Source: a virus (lineage: Duplodnaviria; Heunggongvirae; Uroviricota; Caudoviricetes). From it: a stretch of DNA of 64,000 nucleotides. Every line of letters starts with the position of its first letter. The stretch's first letter is position 1. The notes below the pieces were generated by a model. That model did no database searches and had not been told where the DNA came from. It saw only the letters and a list, made by a program, of their open reading frames with translations. The position numbers were made by a program, and so were the translations under genes. The stretch lies in the IMG/VR virus record IMGVR_UViG_3300043119_000318; one strand, given 5' to 3'. This document shows, piece by piece, positions 63,852 through 64,000 of this stretch.

Positions 63852-64000
63852 AACTGTCTTATAGTAAATGATCGAAGTAGAGGTCAGATCATATAAGTCG
63901 TTTAGCCTTAGTTGATACTGTAAGTCGAAGATGTTTTTAGAAGAAGATGCTTGATTGAATGGGATAACTCTTGAGATACCATAAACAGCGTCTGGGAACG

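Noticed and set aside
1-64000. CRISPR arrays, rRNA, prophage integrase or attachment sites.
   Set aside because: No short regularly spaced direct repeats were found. No rRNA-like or integrase-like sequence was found. The window looks like a lytic T4-like virus segment, not an integrated element.

Overview
This window looks like a T4-like myovirus genome segment. Homologue-level matches recalled from memory to T4 gp43, gp41, UvsX, UvsW, UvsY, gp55, gp45/44/62, RegA and gp13-gp23 support that. A cobS/cobT pair, an Hsp20, several 2OG-Fe(II) oxygenases and the gene order (gp23, gp3-like, uvsY, uvsW, gp55, gp47, gp46 ... gp45, gp44, gp62, regA ... gp43 ... uvsX, gp41) suggest a marine cyanomyovirus-type phage.

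Essentially every real gene is on the minus strand. Most plus-strand ORFs in the track are antisense artefacts.

From high to low coordinates the modules are:
- Neck and tail genes gp13, gp14, a 1336-aa fibre, gp15, terminase gp17, sheath gp18, tube gp19.
- Head genes: portal gp20, prohead core, protease gp21, scaffold gp22, capsid gp23.
- A GIY-YIG homing endonuclease, a gp3-like gene, uvsY, uvsW, gp55, an AAA ATPase, a second GIY-YIG endonuclease, gp47/gp46, cobT/cobS.
- The clamp and clamp loader (gp45, gp44, gp62), regA, hsp20, DNA ligase, an exonuclease and DNA polymerase gp43.
- An oxygenase/thioredoxin cluster, then a uvsX gene split by an intein and a free-standing HNH gene, then gp41 helicase.
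- A 2OG-Fe(II) dioxygenase plus GT4 glycosyltransferase pair, an RNA-ligase-like gene, two fibre or Gly-rich structural genes, a nucleotidyltransferase-domain protein, a Dps-like protein and a large disordered Lys/Glu-rich protein.

Most notable are:
- (i) uvsX broken into three ORFs by a split intein with an HNH endonuclease gene between the halves.
- (ii) A dioxygenase and glycosyltransferase whose C-termini carry the same clamp-binding-like tail (SSLEDFF / LESFFG) as the DNA polymerase.
- (iii) A repeated terminator-hairpin plus TTGACT-17-TATAAT promoter cassette.
- (iv) A tandem 14-aa repeat module shared by two fibre genes about 50 kb apart.
- (v) T4-late-type TATAAATA promoters, one of which sits inside the uvsX split just upstream of the HNH gene.
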